From positions 1,664,001 through 1,728,000 of the forward strand of contig CAUVXB020000002.1 of the NCBI GenBank assembly GCA_963555825.3: DNA of 64,000 nt, given 5' to 3'. Of this stretch, positions 42,543-52,800 are shown in pieces. Source of the stretch: Alphaproteobacteria bacterium. GTDB lineage: Bacteria > Pseudomonadota > Alphaproteobacteria > JAAXGF01. The notes under the pieces were generated by a model. The model searched no databases and was not told where the DNA came from. It worked only from the letters and a program-made list of their open reading frames with translations. The translations under genes were made by a program, and so were the position numbers. Each line of letters opens with the position of its first letter. Position 1 is the first letter of the stretch.

Positions 42543-44683
42543 ACGTCGTAGGGGCAGTTGCGCTGACAATTGCCGCAGCCGATACAGGCATCGCTGATGA
42601 ATACCTCGCCGTTGGGCGCGCGGTGGATCGCGTCGGGCGGGCAGTCGGCCATGCAATGGGGATGCTCGCAGTGCCGGCACGAGGTCGGCACGTGGACGTT
42701 GGCGAAGGTCGGGCCGGCCTCGCGGTTCAGCCGCGAGATGCCGCCGTGGGTCTCGGCGCAGGCCTTCTCGCAGTTGTCGCAGCGCACGCACAGGCTCTCG
42801 TCGATGAGCAGCACGTCGGTCGCCTCGCCGATGCCCTGAGCGATGAGGAATTCAATGATGCCGCCGGCATCGCCCATGCGCTCCATCTTCTCGGATTGCA
42901 CGATGCCGTCGCGGACCTCGCTCTCGATAGACCCGCGCAGCGTCGCATTGCGTTCGAGCAGCCGCAGGAAGGCGGCGCCGTTGATGTTGATCGTCTCGGT
43001 CGCCACGGCGGCGCGCACGGTGGCCGAGCGCTTGGCCTTCGAGACCAGCGCCATCTCGCCGACGTAGTGGCCGACCGGCACATAGGCGAGCACGATGTCC
43101 TTGCCGCCGATGCGTCGCGAGATGGTGACCGAGCCGCGCCGGATGAGGTACACCGTATCGCCTTCGTCACCCTGATCGAACAGCACCTGGTTCTGCTTGA
43201 AGTGCTCGATGGTCGCCGACTCGACGATTTCAGCGAGGTCCTCGGCCGAGGCGCCCGGCGCCAGGTAGGTCTGGATCTGGCGCACGATCGCGGCCTGATC
43301 GATGACGCGTTTGACCGTTTCGACCGAGTTGATCAGCTTGATCATCGTGCGGCGCGGCACCTCGAGCAGGAAAGCGTCCTCGGTCGCGCGCACCGTCGCC
43401 GTGCGCCGCCGGCCGGCGATCAGGCCCATCTCACCGAAGAACTCGCCCTGGCCGCGCCCCACCACCTTCGACGGGTCCTCCGAATCGATCTCGATGCCGA
43501 CGGCGCCACCGACGATCGCGAAGAAGGTCGTCGTGAAGTCGTTGCGCTCGAAGACGATTTCGCCCGGCTGCAAACGATGGATCGTCGCTTCCAGCATGAG
43601 CTCGCGCAGCATCAACGGATTGAGCTCGGAGAACATTGGCACGCGTTCGCGGATCGTCGCCAACACCTCGTCGACCTCGACATCGCCGAGCACCTTGAAA
43701 CGCTCCTCGAGGAGCGGCTCGTCGGCCGGCTTGATGTCGTTGCCCAGGATCGACTCAATGACCTCGTAACCCTGGTTCATCGCTTGCTTGATCAGCGGGT
43801 AGCCACCCAGCGCGCCGATGATGTAGAGGCCGGGAACGTTTGATTCATATGTCGAGCTCACCTCGGGCAGCGCCGTCGGGGCCTTCGACGGAAACTCGAT
43901 GCCACAGCCCTCGACGAAGCGCCGCGGCGCCACCGCGCCGAGGCGCGCGATGACGCGGTCGCATTTCACCTCGATGTCGCCCTCGGGGGTTCCCATGGTG
44001 ATCGAACCGGCCGGGTCGACACTGGTCGGCGAGGCCGAATACATACAGCTCAACAACCCCTTTTCGATCGAGTCGGTGATCAGCGAGACGTTGCCGTCCT
44101 TGGCGCGCGCGAACTCGTCGCGCCGGTTGACGATGATGACTGTGTTCTGCTTGGCCAGCGCCACCGCGTTCTCGATCGCGGCGTCGCCGGCGCCGATGAC
44201 GATGATGGTCTCGGCCTCGTACTCGTCGGGGTCATCGAGTTGATTTTGGATGAACGTCGCCTCTTCCGCGCCCGGCACCTCGACCTTGCGCAGGTTGCCC
44301 TGCAGTCCGATGCCCATGACCACGTTGTCGGCGGTCACCGTCTCGCCGTTCGAGAGCGTGATCTCGAAGCCGCCGCGCTCGCCCGTGATGCCGGTGATCT
44401 CGGTGTTGAAGCGGACGTTGACCTTGTTCGACTCGAGCTGGTCGTCCCAGGTGCCGAGGATATCCTCGCGGACGCCGAGCTCGAACGAGAATTCGCTGCG
44501 CAGTGGCAAGACGTCCGGCGTCGCCATGACCAGCTTGCCCTTCTGGTACTTGTAGATCGTGTCCGAGGCGTGGTCGGCCTTTTCAAAGAGAACATGCGTG
44601 ACGCCCTGTTGGGCGGCGCGGCCGGCGGCGCTCATGCCGCCCGGGCCCGACCCGACGACTGCAATCTGAAAATGCTCGGCCAT
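42543..44683 (-). pseudogene. FAD/NAD(P) oxidoreductase - 2x cNMP-binding - 4Fe-4S fusion protein, 3'-truncated
   Basis: GSGPGG, GAGDAA, GEMGL..RRTATV, GEMAL..RSATV, CxxCxxCxxxC x3; the sequence switches to an IS end right after CPYDV. Confidence 0.85.
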
Positions 44684-44993
44684 CTAATGATCTACCGCTT
44701 GTCGCGGCATACTCCCCCGTGGACGTCGACCGTTATCGTGGGTCCGCGTTACCGGTGCCGAACCCTTATCCGACAGCGTATGTACGCCACCGTGTCATGG
44801 CAACAATTAATCCCGCCTTTATACGACATGCGGTGTCCGACGGGGGGCCCAAGTACCACTCGGCCGGGTCGACGCGGCCGCCCGTGATCGGGCATCGGAT
44901 GTTTGGCTGCCATCGCCGCGGGTTTCGGGCTATCAAGGTATTGGGCGACCGGGGCCGATGGCGTGACGGGTCGCCGCTAGCGAGGACACACCC

Positions 44994-46214
44994 ATGTTCC
45001 CCCTGTCCCATATGCTCAAGTCCTTCGTGCGCGTCGGCGCCCTGACGGTGATCGACGCCGATGGCGCCAGACATGTCTTCGGCGGCACGCCGGGGCCCAC
45101 CGTGACGATGCGTCTGTCCGACCGTTCGCTTTACCGGAAGCTCTTCTCCAACCCCGAACTGCACGCCGGCGAGGCCTATATGAACGGCACGATGCGTTTC
45201 GAGGACGGTGGCCTGCGCGACTTCCTGACGTTGTTTTCGGTCAACCGCCGCGCGCTCGGCGCCTATCCGCTGCAGAACGCGCTGCGGCGCGTCTCGCGCA
45301 TGCTCAAACGCTTCCAGCAGGCCAATCCGATCGGCCGGGCGCAGCGCAACGTGGCGCATCACTACGATCTGGGAAACGAATTCTACGCCCTCTTCCTGGA
45401 CCGCGACATGCACTACTCCTGCGGCTATTTCATGGCTGCCGACGACAGCCTGGAAGACGCCCAGCGTAACAAGTGCCGATTGCTGGCGGCCAAGCTCGGC
45501 CTGCGGCCCGGCCACCGAATTCTCGATATCGGCTGCGGCTGGGGCGGCCTCGGGCTCTATCTCGCGGGCCTCGAGGACGTCGAGATCCTGGGCGTCACGC
45601 TGTCGCGCGAGCAGCACGCGCTGGCGACCGAGCGGGCGCGCCGCGCCGGCCTCGACGACCGGGCCAAATTCGAACTGCGCGACTACCGCGAGGTATCCGG
45701 CCGCTTCGACCGGATCGTCTCGGTCGGTATGTTCGAGCACGTCGGCGTCCACCACTACGGCGAGTTCTTCGCCAAGATCAACGAGCTGATCGAGGACGAC
45801 GGCCTGGCCGTGCTGCATTCGATCGGCCATATGAGCCCGCCCGGCACGGCCAGCCCGTGGTTACGCAAGTACATCTTTCCCGGCGCCTATTCGCCGGCGC
45901 TCTCCGAGGTGTTCGCCGCGGTCGAACAGCATAGCCTCTGGGTCACTGATCTCGAGTTCCTGCGCATCCATTACGCCGAGACGCTGGCGCATTGGTGCCA
46001 GCGCTTCGACGCCAACCGTGCCGAGATCGCGGCGTTGTACGACGAGAGGTTCTGCCGCATGTGGGAGTTCTACCTGATCAGCGCCGAGATGATGTTCCGG
46101 ACCGGCAGCCAACTGGTCTTTCACATGCAGCTGGCGCGCCAGCGCGACGCCGCGCCAATCACGCGCGACTACGTCACCGACACGCAGCGGCGCTACAAAG
46201 AGATCGAGAGCTAG
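44994..46214 (+). CDS. cfa: Cyclopropane-fatty-acyl-phospholipid synthase family methyltransferase
   Basis: NVAHHYDLGNEFY, LDIGCGWGG, SVGMFEHVG, KYIFPG, RMWEFYL; stop codon lies in the IS target CTAG. Confidence 0.9.
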   Translation: MFPLSHMLKSFVRVGALTVIDADGARHVFGGTPGPTVTMRLSDRSLYRKLFSNPELHAGEAYMNGTMRFEDGGLRDFLTLFSVNRRALGAYPLQNALRRVSRMLKRFQQANPIGRAQRNVAHHYDLGNEFYALFLDRDMHYSCGYFMAADDSLEDAQRNKCRLLAAKLGLRPGHRILDIGCGWGGLGLYLAGLEDVEILGVTLSREQHALATERARRAGLDDRAKFELRDYREVSGRFDRIVSVGMFEHVGVHHYGEFFAKINELIEDDGLAVLHSIGHMSPPGTASPWLRKYIFPGAYSPALSEVFAAVEQHSLWVTDLEFLRIHYAETLAHWCQRFDANRAEIAALYDERFCRMWEFYLISAEMMFRTGSQLVFHMQLARQRDAAPITRDYVTDTQRRYKEIES

Positions 46215-47392
46215 TGTCCTGATCGATAAATTGATATGATTATGTCTCTATTTGTTTTTAGGAGGCGCGATTGATGGCGAGAGTGGCGGTGACGATCTCT
46301 TTGAGCGATGACGAGCGCGCCGAATTGGAGGCGCTGTCTCGTCGTCGCAAGACGTCGCAGGGGCTTGCGCGGCGGGCTCGGATCGTCTTGGCGGCGGCGG
46401 AAGGGTTGGAGAACAAGGAGATCGCCGTTCGTCTCGAGGCGAGCGCGGACACCGTGGGCAAGTGGCGTCGCCGCTATGCGGCGGAGGGCCTCGACGGTCT
46501 GTACGACGAACCCCGCCCCGGCGCGCCGCGTCAAATCGGCGATGACGCCATCGCGGAAGCGGTCCGGCTGACGCTGGAAGAGACGCCGCCGGACGCGACC
46601 CATTGGAGCCTTCGCTCGATGGCGCGGGCGAGCGGCCACGCGCCCTCGACCATTCATCGCATCTGGCGGGCCTTCGGCTTGCAGCCGCATCGCTCGGAGA
46701 CCTTCAAGCTGTCGAGCGATCCCTTCTTCGTGGAGAAGGTCCGCGACATCGTCGGTCTGTATTTGGCGCCGCCGGATCGTGCCCTGGTTCTCTGTGTCGA
46801 CGAAAAGAGCCAGATCCAGGCCCTGGACCGTTCCCAGCCCCTCTTGCCGATGCGCCCCGGGCAGGCGGAGCGGCGCAGCCACGACTACAAGCGCCACGGC
46901 ACGACCTCTCTCTTCGCGGCCCTCGACATCGCCACGGGAGAGATCATCGGCAAATGTTTCCCGCGCCATCGGGCCCGAGAGTTCCGCAAATTCCTCGACC
47001 TCGTCGAGGCGAACGTCCCTGCTGATCTCGACATCCACATCGTCATGGACAACTACGGGACCCACAAGACCAAGGCGATCCGCGACTGGTTCGCCAAACG
47101 GCCGCGCTGGCAGGCCCATTTCACACCCACCAGCGCCTCCTGGCTGAACCAGGTCGAGCGCTGGTTCGGGCTGCTGACCGACAAGCAGATCAGGCGCGGC
47201 GTCCATCGCTCCACCAAGGAGTTGGAGCGCACCATCCTCGACTACATCGACACGACAAACCAGAACCCCAAACCCTTCAAATGGACCAAATCCGCCGATG
47301 ACATCCTCGGCGCCATCCAGCGCTTCTGCCTCCGAACAATCGAAATCGCTGAACAGCAGGCGAAAATCATGCGAACTTCGGAATCGGGACAC
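46214..47392 (+). mobile_element. IS630-family element type B, copy 2 (transposase 46274-47395)
   Basis: Same IRs and CTAG site as copy 1; all translated ORFs identical to copy 1 (offset 14799). Confidence 0.95.
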
Positions 47393-47395
47393 TAG

Positions 47396-47519
47396 TTCAT
47401 TGTGCGGTCACCTTTGGCGACCCGCGCTCAAGCGCCGCGCATGCCAACCTTATGGGATAAAGACCGGCCGAACGGTCGGCGGCCCCCCCTCTTGTTCCAA
47501 TAAGGTTGGCGCGGACTGG
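47396..47519. repeat. Dispersed intergenic repeat, copy 2 (hairpin form)
   Basis: Homologous to 2302-2475; GCCAACCTTATGGGATAAAGA ... TCTTGTTCCAATAAGGTTGGC form an imperfect stem between convergent genes. Confidence 0.85.
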
Positions 47520-47554
47520 CATAATCCAGCCGATTGGGATCGATCGGATAATGC

Positions 47555-48373
47555 TCAGGTGCCGACGCGCAGCGTGCCGACCAGGCCGCGCAGCGTGGCG
47601 ATGACGCTGAGCGGCGTCAGGCGGCCGGTGCGCGGATTTTCGGCCGAGGGCACCGATTCGATGGTCATCGAAAAGCGCGCCGCGTCGGCCTCGACGGCGA
47701 TCGAATGGCTGTTGCGCGTGACGCCCGGATCGGCCCAGATCTCGAGCCGCGTGCGTTCCGGCCCGATGCCCGCGAGGCTCAGCGCGGCGGCGACGTTGAG
47801 GCTGGCCGGAAAGGCCTTGGCCGCGGCGCCCGCCGGCCCATCGTAGATCTTGAGCGGCGCATCGAGGCCATCGAGCTCGATGCCGTGTTCGGCGAGATAG
47901 GGCGCGCCGGCGAGCGAGGCCGGCGGCTTGCGCGTCACCATGGTGACCGAGGCGATCTCGCCCTCGGCCGCCGCGCGCACCGCGTCGAGGCCGAGCAGCG
48001 CGCCGGTGGCGACGACGATGCGGCCGCCGTTCTCGGCCGCCAGGTCGACCAGGTCGAGTCGGTCGAGCAGCGCCCCGACGCTGACCACGACGGCGATGCG
48101 CCCGGCGCGCGCCACCGGCTCGACGATCGCTGCGAAGGCCGCCTGCGGGGCGCATTCGACGACGACGTCAGCGTGATCGGCGAGCGCGGCGACCGGCACG
48201 ACCTCGGGCGCCGATGCGAAGCCCGCGACACGCGCGCGCGCGCCGTCGAGATCGCGCGCCGACACCGCGCTCAACGCCAAGCCGTCGATGCCGGCGTCGA
48301 GCCGCCGCGCGACCGGCAGGCCGATCGCGCCGAGCCCGGCGATACCGACACGCAACGGCTCCCCCGAACGCAT
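47555..48373 (-). CDS. nadX: L-aspartate dehydrogenase family protein
   Basis: GLGAIG, VVECA, SVGAL, GALLGLD, KPP, FPASLNVAA, NSH, NPRTG. Confidence 0.85.
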   Translation of the reverse strand: MRSGEPLRVGIAGLGAIGLPVARRLDAGIDGLALSAVSARDLDGARARVAGFASAPEVVPVAALADHADVVVECAPQAAFAAIVEPVARAGRIAVVVSVGALLDRLDLVDLAAENGGRIVVATGALLGLDAVRAAAEGEIASVTMVTRKPPASLAGAPYLAEHGIELDGLDAPLKIYDGPAGAAAKAFPASLNVAAALSLAGIGPERTRLEIWADPGVTRNSHSIAVEADAARFSMTIESVPSAENPRTGRLTPLSVIATLRGLVGTLRVGT

Positions 48374-48375
48374 GA

Positions 48376-49842
48376 TTACTCCTCGATTACCATCTTGATC
48401 AGCTGGCCGGCCACGACAGCGTCGTTCGGGCCGAACCCGTTGAGCGCGCGGAACTCGGCGTCCCTGTGCTCGGCGAATGGCAGACGCTCGGCGAGGCTCG
48501 CGACCGTGTCGCCCGGCGCGACCAGATCGATGATCAGGCGGTAGGGCTTGATGGCGCGCTTCTCGGCCACGGACAGGCGGCGGAAGCTGTAGGTCGCGCG
48601 CCGGAAGGCCTCGCCGAAACGGTCGGTGATCTGCGCCGGGGTGATGAACTGGAAACGATAGATGACGCCACGCGACATCTCGATCGCCACCAGACGCAGG
48701 TCGATCTTGCGGCCGTTCGGGTCGGTGACGCGCAGGTTGCCGGTCGCCGCCGCGAGGCCGTTGACGTCGATCTTCCGCACGCCGCGCAGGGTCTGGCCCT
48801 TGCCCCATTCGTCGCGCAGATAGGCGAGCGCCGAGCGCGACTGGTGCCGGGGCGCCTGATCGAAGCGGATCAGCGGCCCGTCGGGGTGCCGCGCGATGAC
48901 CTCGGTCTGGCCGTTGAGCAAGTGGAATTCGGGCGGCGCCTCGAAGCGGATGCCGAGCCCCGGATGGATGAACGCCTGGCCGCGCACCAGCCCCTGCGCC
49001 GGGTCATCGCCGTAGAGAATGCCGTCGATCTTGCGCAGGTAGAGCCTGCGCTCGACCATCGGATCGTCGACCCGTACGCCGGCCGCCGCCTGGATCGTTC
49101 GCTCGACCCGCTCGGCGGTGCGCGGATGGGTCGCGAACAGGTCGAACGGGCCGCCGCCCGACACCGCCTGGCCGGCGATCTGCGCCGTGAACTTGGTGTG
49201 CGCGTCGAGCCTTCTCAGGAAGCTCGCCATGGCGCGCGGATCGTAGCCGGCCCGCACCATGGTCGGGATGGCGAGCTGGTCGGCCTCGTGCTCGTTGTCG
49301 CGCGAATAACTCTGCAATGCGACCACCGCGGCCGGCTCGAGCAATCCGGCGAGACCCGCGTACTGGGTGTCGCGGGCGACCGCGCCGAAGATCGACAGCA
49401 CACCCTGGGCGAGCATCGTGCGGCTGTAGCGCTTGGCGATGTGGCGCGCCGTGACGTGGCCGATCTCGTGACCGAGCACGCCGGCCAGCTCGGCCTCGTT
49501 GTCGGCCAGGGCCAACAGGCCGCGGGTGATGTAGAGATAGCCCGCCGGCAGGGCGAAGGCGTTGACCACCGGGCTGTTGAGGATGGTCACCCGATACTTG
49601 ATATCGGGCCGCTGGGAGGTCCGCCCGAGGAACGCTGCGATGCTGCCGACGTAGCGCGCCAGCACCGCATCGTCGTATTCGCCGCCGAACGCCTCGAGGA
49701 TCTTCGAGTGTTCGGCCTCGGCGAGCTCGCGCTCCTTGGCCTCGGGCAACACCAGATCGGTGAAGAAGTCGCCCTGCGCCAACGCCGGCACAGGGGCGCC
49801 GAGGGCGAGACCAAGCCCAAGGATGAGTGCGGCGCGCCGCAT
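48376..49842 (-). CDS. M48 family metalloprotease, exported, with C-terminal LysM-like domain
   Basis: NAFALPAG, HEIGH, EHEAD, FATHP; signal peptide; PGDTVASLA..LN. Confidence 0.9.
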   Translation of the reverse strand: MRRAALILGLGLALGAPVPALAQGDFFTDLVLPEAKERELAEAEHSKILEAFGGEYDDAVLARYVGSIAAFLGRTSQRPDIKYRVTILNSPVVNAFALPAGYLYITRGLLALADNEAELAGVLGHEIGHVTARHIAKRYSRTMLAQGVLSIFGAVARDTQYAGLAGLLEPAAVVALQSYSRDNEHEADQLAIPTMVRAGYDPRAMASFLRRLDAHTKFTAQIAGQAVSGGGPFDLFATHPRTAERVERTIQAAAGVRVDDPMVERRLYLRKIDGILYGDDPAQGLVRGQAFIHPGLGIRFEAPPEFHLLNGQTEVIARHPDGPLIRFDQAPRHQSRSALAYLRDEWGKGQTLRGVRKIDVNGLAAATGNLRVTDPNGRKIDLRLVAIEMSRGVIYRFQFITPAQITDRFGEAFRRATYSFRRLSVAEKRAIKPYRLIIDLVAPGDTVASLAERLPFAEHRDAEFRALNGFGPNDAVVAGQLIKMVIEE

Positions 49843-49853
49843 GACCCGGCCCG

Positions 49854-52800
49854 TCAGTTGCCGAACAGGCTCTTTAGCGCCTCGCCGGCGTCCTCGATTA
49901 TCTTTCCGGGTATCTCTTCGGGCGCGACCGACTCTTGCTCGGCCGGCTCCTCGGCGCCCGACGTGTCGCTCGATCCGCCACCCAGTATACCCTCGATGAG
50001 GCCGCCGACACCGGACGACTCCTCGTCCGAGCCGCCGCCGATCACCGCGTCGAGGATGCCGCCGATGCCCTCGCCGTCACCGCCGCCGAGACCGGGCAGC
50101 GGCAGGTCGACGCCGAAGCCCTTGGCCGCGTCGAGCATGTCTGCCGGCATGGCGGCGAGCCGCGCGGGATCGAGCGCCGCGGCGGCCAGCACCGCGCCCC
50201 AGTCGATGCCGTAGGACGGATCGGCCCAGGGACCCGAGATAACGACCGGGATCGGCAGGCCGCCCAAGGCGGCGTCGCCGCCCTGGCCCTCGGTCGAGGC
50301 GACCAGCTTGAGCTCGGCTTTGTAGTCGACGGTCTGCGGTGGCATCGGCACGAGACCAGCGCCGGTGACGCGCACGAGCGGCGCCAACATCTGGAAATCG
50401 CGGTTCTCCAACAGGCCGTTGACGATGTTGAAGGTGCCGCTGATCTCGGCGAAGTCGGTCTTCTGGGGCGGACCGTCCTCGCCCATGCCCAGACTGCCCA
50501 TGCTCCTGATCGTCTCGGCGATGTCGATGCCGTGGATCGCGCCGTCGAGTATCTTGAAGCCACCGCCGCCGTTCAGCGTCTCGACGATCTGCTTCTGGTT
50601 GGCGCCGACCGCCTGGCCGTTGGCGTTGAAGTGGACCGTGCCGCTCAGCTGGTCGGTGTCAGCGAACGCCTTCAAGAGCGCCAGCGCCTGCACGTTGGCG
50701 ACTGTCGCCTGATAGGCAAGCGCCGCCTGGGGCCGCGAGGCGTCGACCGTGACCTTGGTGTCGATCGTGCCGCCAGCCATGCCGAGCTTGTCGATCGCGG
50801 CGTTCAAGACGCCGTTCAGCATGGTCACGGTGATCACGCCGTTCTCGATCGCGATATCCTTGTAGACGATCTTGCCGATCGTGATCCTGGCCTCGTCGTT
50901 GGCTTGGCTGAGCGGCGAGAAGTCGATCGGCTCCTCGCTCCAGCCCTGAGACTTCTTCTCTCCGGCCGGCGCGGCTTCCGTCTCGGCCGCTTCCTCACCC
51001 TCCTTCTCGGGCGGCAGATAGGCGTCCAAGTTGGCCAGCTCGACGACCACGTCGGCGGCGAACTGGGCGACGTCGCCCGAGCCGTCGAAGCTGCCCTTGG
51101 CGTTGACCTTGAGCGCTTTGCCCTCGATCGTCGCCTCGTTGAGCGCGACCTTGGCGCCGTCGGCGGCGAGCGCCGCGTGCACCTTGAGCGGGCCCGGATC
51201 GGGCTGCGACGCATCGAGCGGCTGACCGAGCCATGCGGCGAGCTCGCCGACCGACGACACGTCGAGGTCGAAGGCGCCGTCGAGGCCGAACACCGGCTGC
51301 TGCTGCACGGCGCCGGCATAGGCGACGCTAATCAGTTTCGAAGCGAGCCGGGCGTCGATATTGAACCGTTCGCCGGCGAGCACCGTCTTGAGCGGGTCGA
51401 GCTTGAGCGCGACGTCGATACGCTCGGCGTTGTAGACGACGCCGGCCTCGATGCTCGACGGGCTCTCGACGCCCGGCATGTCAAGCGCCAGACTGATCTC
51501 CGAAACCGGCACCGGCGCGATCTTGACGTCGACCTCGCCGAGGGCGACGGCGAACTTGCCGACGAGGCTCTCGACCAGGGCGCGCGGATTGGCGCCCTCG
51601 CCGCGCGCCTCGATGTCGCTCGACAGGATGCCGGCGACCGGCGCCATGCCGATCGCCGCCTCCGCCAGCGCGCCGACGTCGACGTTGTCGACCGCCAGCG
51701 CCAGCGCGACGCCGAGCACGTCGGTCGCGCCGTCGAGCTTGATCGTGCCCTTGACGTTGCCGCCATAGAGCGCGAGCTCGCTCAAATTTATGTCGAGCAT
51801 GCCGGCCTTGAGCGTGGTCGCCAGCGCGACGCGGCCGAGCTCGAAGCCCTTCGCCTTGACGCCGCCGAGCGCGACAGTGATGTCGGCCTCGGCTTGGCGC
51901 AGGCCCGAGAGGTCGAAGGGCTCTTCGGGAATACCGGCCAGCGCGTCGCCGGGGCCCTCTGGGGCCTCGGTCGGCGCGGCCGCCTCGGCCGGTTCATCGG
52001 CCGGCGGCGGCAGGTAGCGGTCGATGTCGAGCACGCCCGCTTCGACGTTGAGGACGATCTTGGCAATCTCGCCCGAGTCGTCGAAACTGCCGGACGCCGT
52101 GGCGTCGAGCGCCTCGCCCTCGATCGTCGCCTCTTTCAAGACGACCTTGGCGCCATCGGCGGCAAGTACCGCGTGCAACTTGAGCGGACCGGGGTCGGGC
52201 TGCGACGCGTCGAGCGGCTGACCGAGCCAGGCGGCTAGCTTGCCGACCGACGGCACGTCGAGCTCGAAAGTGCCATCGAGGCCGGGCACCGGCTGCTGCT
52301 GCACGGCGCCGTCGTAGGCCAAATTGATGCGCTTCGAGGCGATTGCGGCGGTCAGCGCGAACGTCTCGCCCGCGAGCACCTTGCCGAGCGGGTCGAGGGT
52401 GACGTCGAGGTCGACCCGCTGCATGTTGTAGACGACGCTGCCCTTGATGCTCGGCGGGCTCTCGAGGCCCGGCAGGGCGATCGCCAGCTTGACTTCGGAA
52501 ATCGCGCCGACCGGCGCGTCCTTGACGTCGATGCCGCCGAGATCGACGGTGACGTTGCCGGCCAGGCTTTCGACCAGGGCGCGCGGGTTGGCGCCCTTGC
52601 CGGTCGCCGCCACGGTGGTCGCCAGGATGCCGGCGACCGGTGTCTCGCCGGTCGCGGCCTTGACGAGCGCGCCGACGTCGACGCCAGCGACCGCCAAGTT
52701 CACGGCGACGCTCAGTTCGTCGGTCGCACCGTCGAGGTTGACCGTGCCCGTGACGTTGCCGCCATAGAGCCCGAGTTCGCTCAAATTGACGTCCAGAACG

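Noticed and set aside
44994-46214. cfa as an IS-truncated pseudogene
   Set aside because: The insertion is at the stop codon; length and C-terminal motifs look complete.
31415-47392. Composite transposon bounded by the two identical IS630 copies
   Set aside because: Copy 2 lies inside the inverted segment, so the direct orientation is secondary; shared CTAG flanks only reflect target preference.
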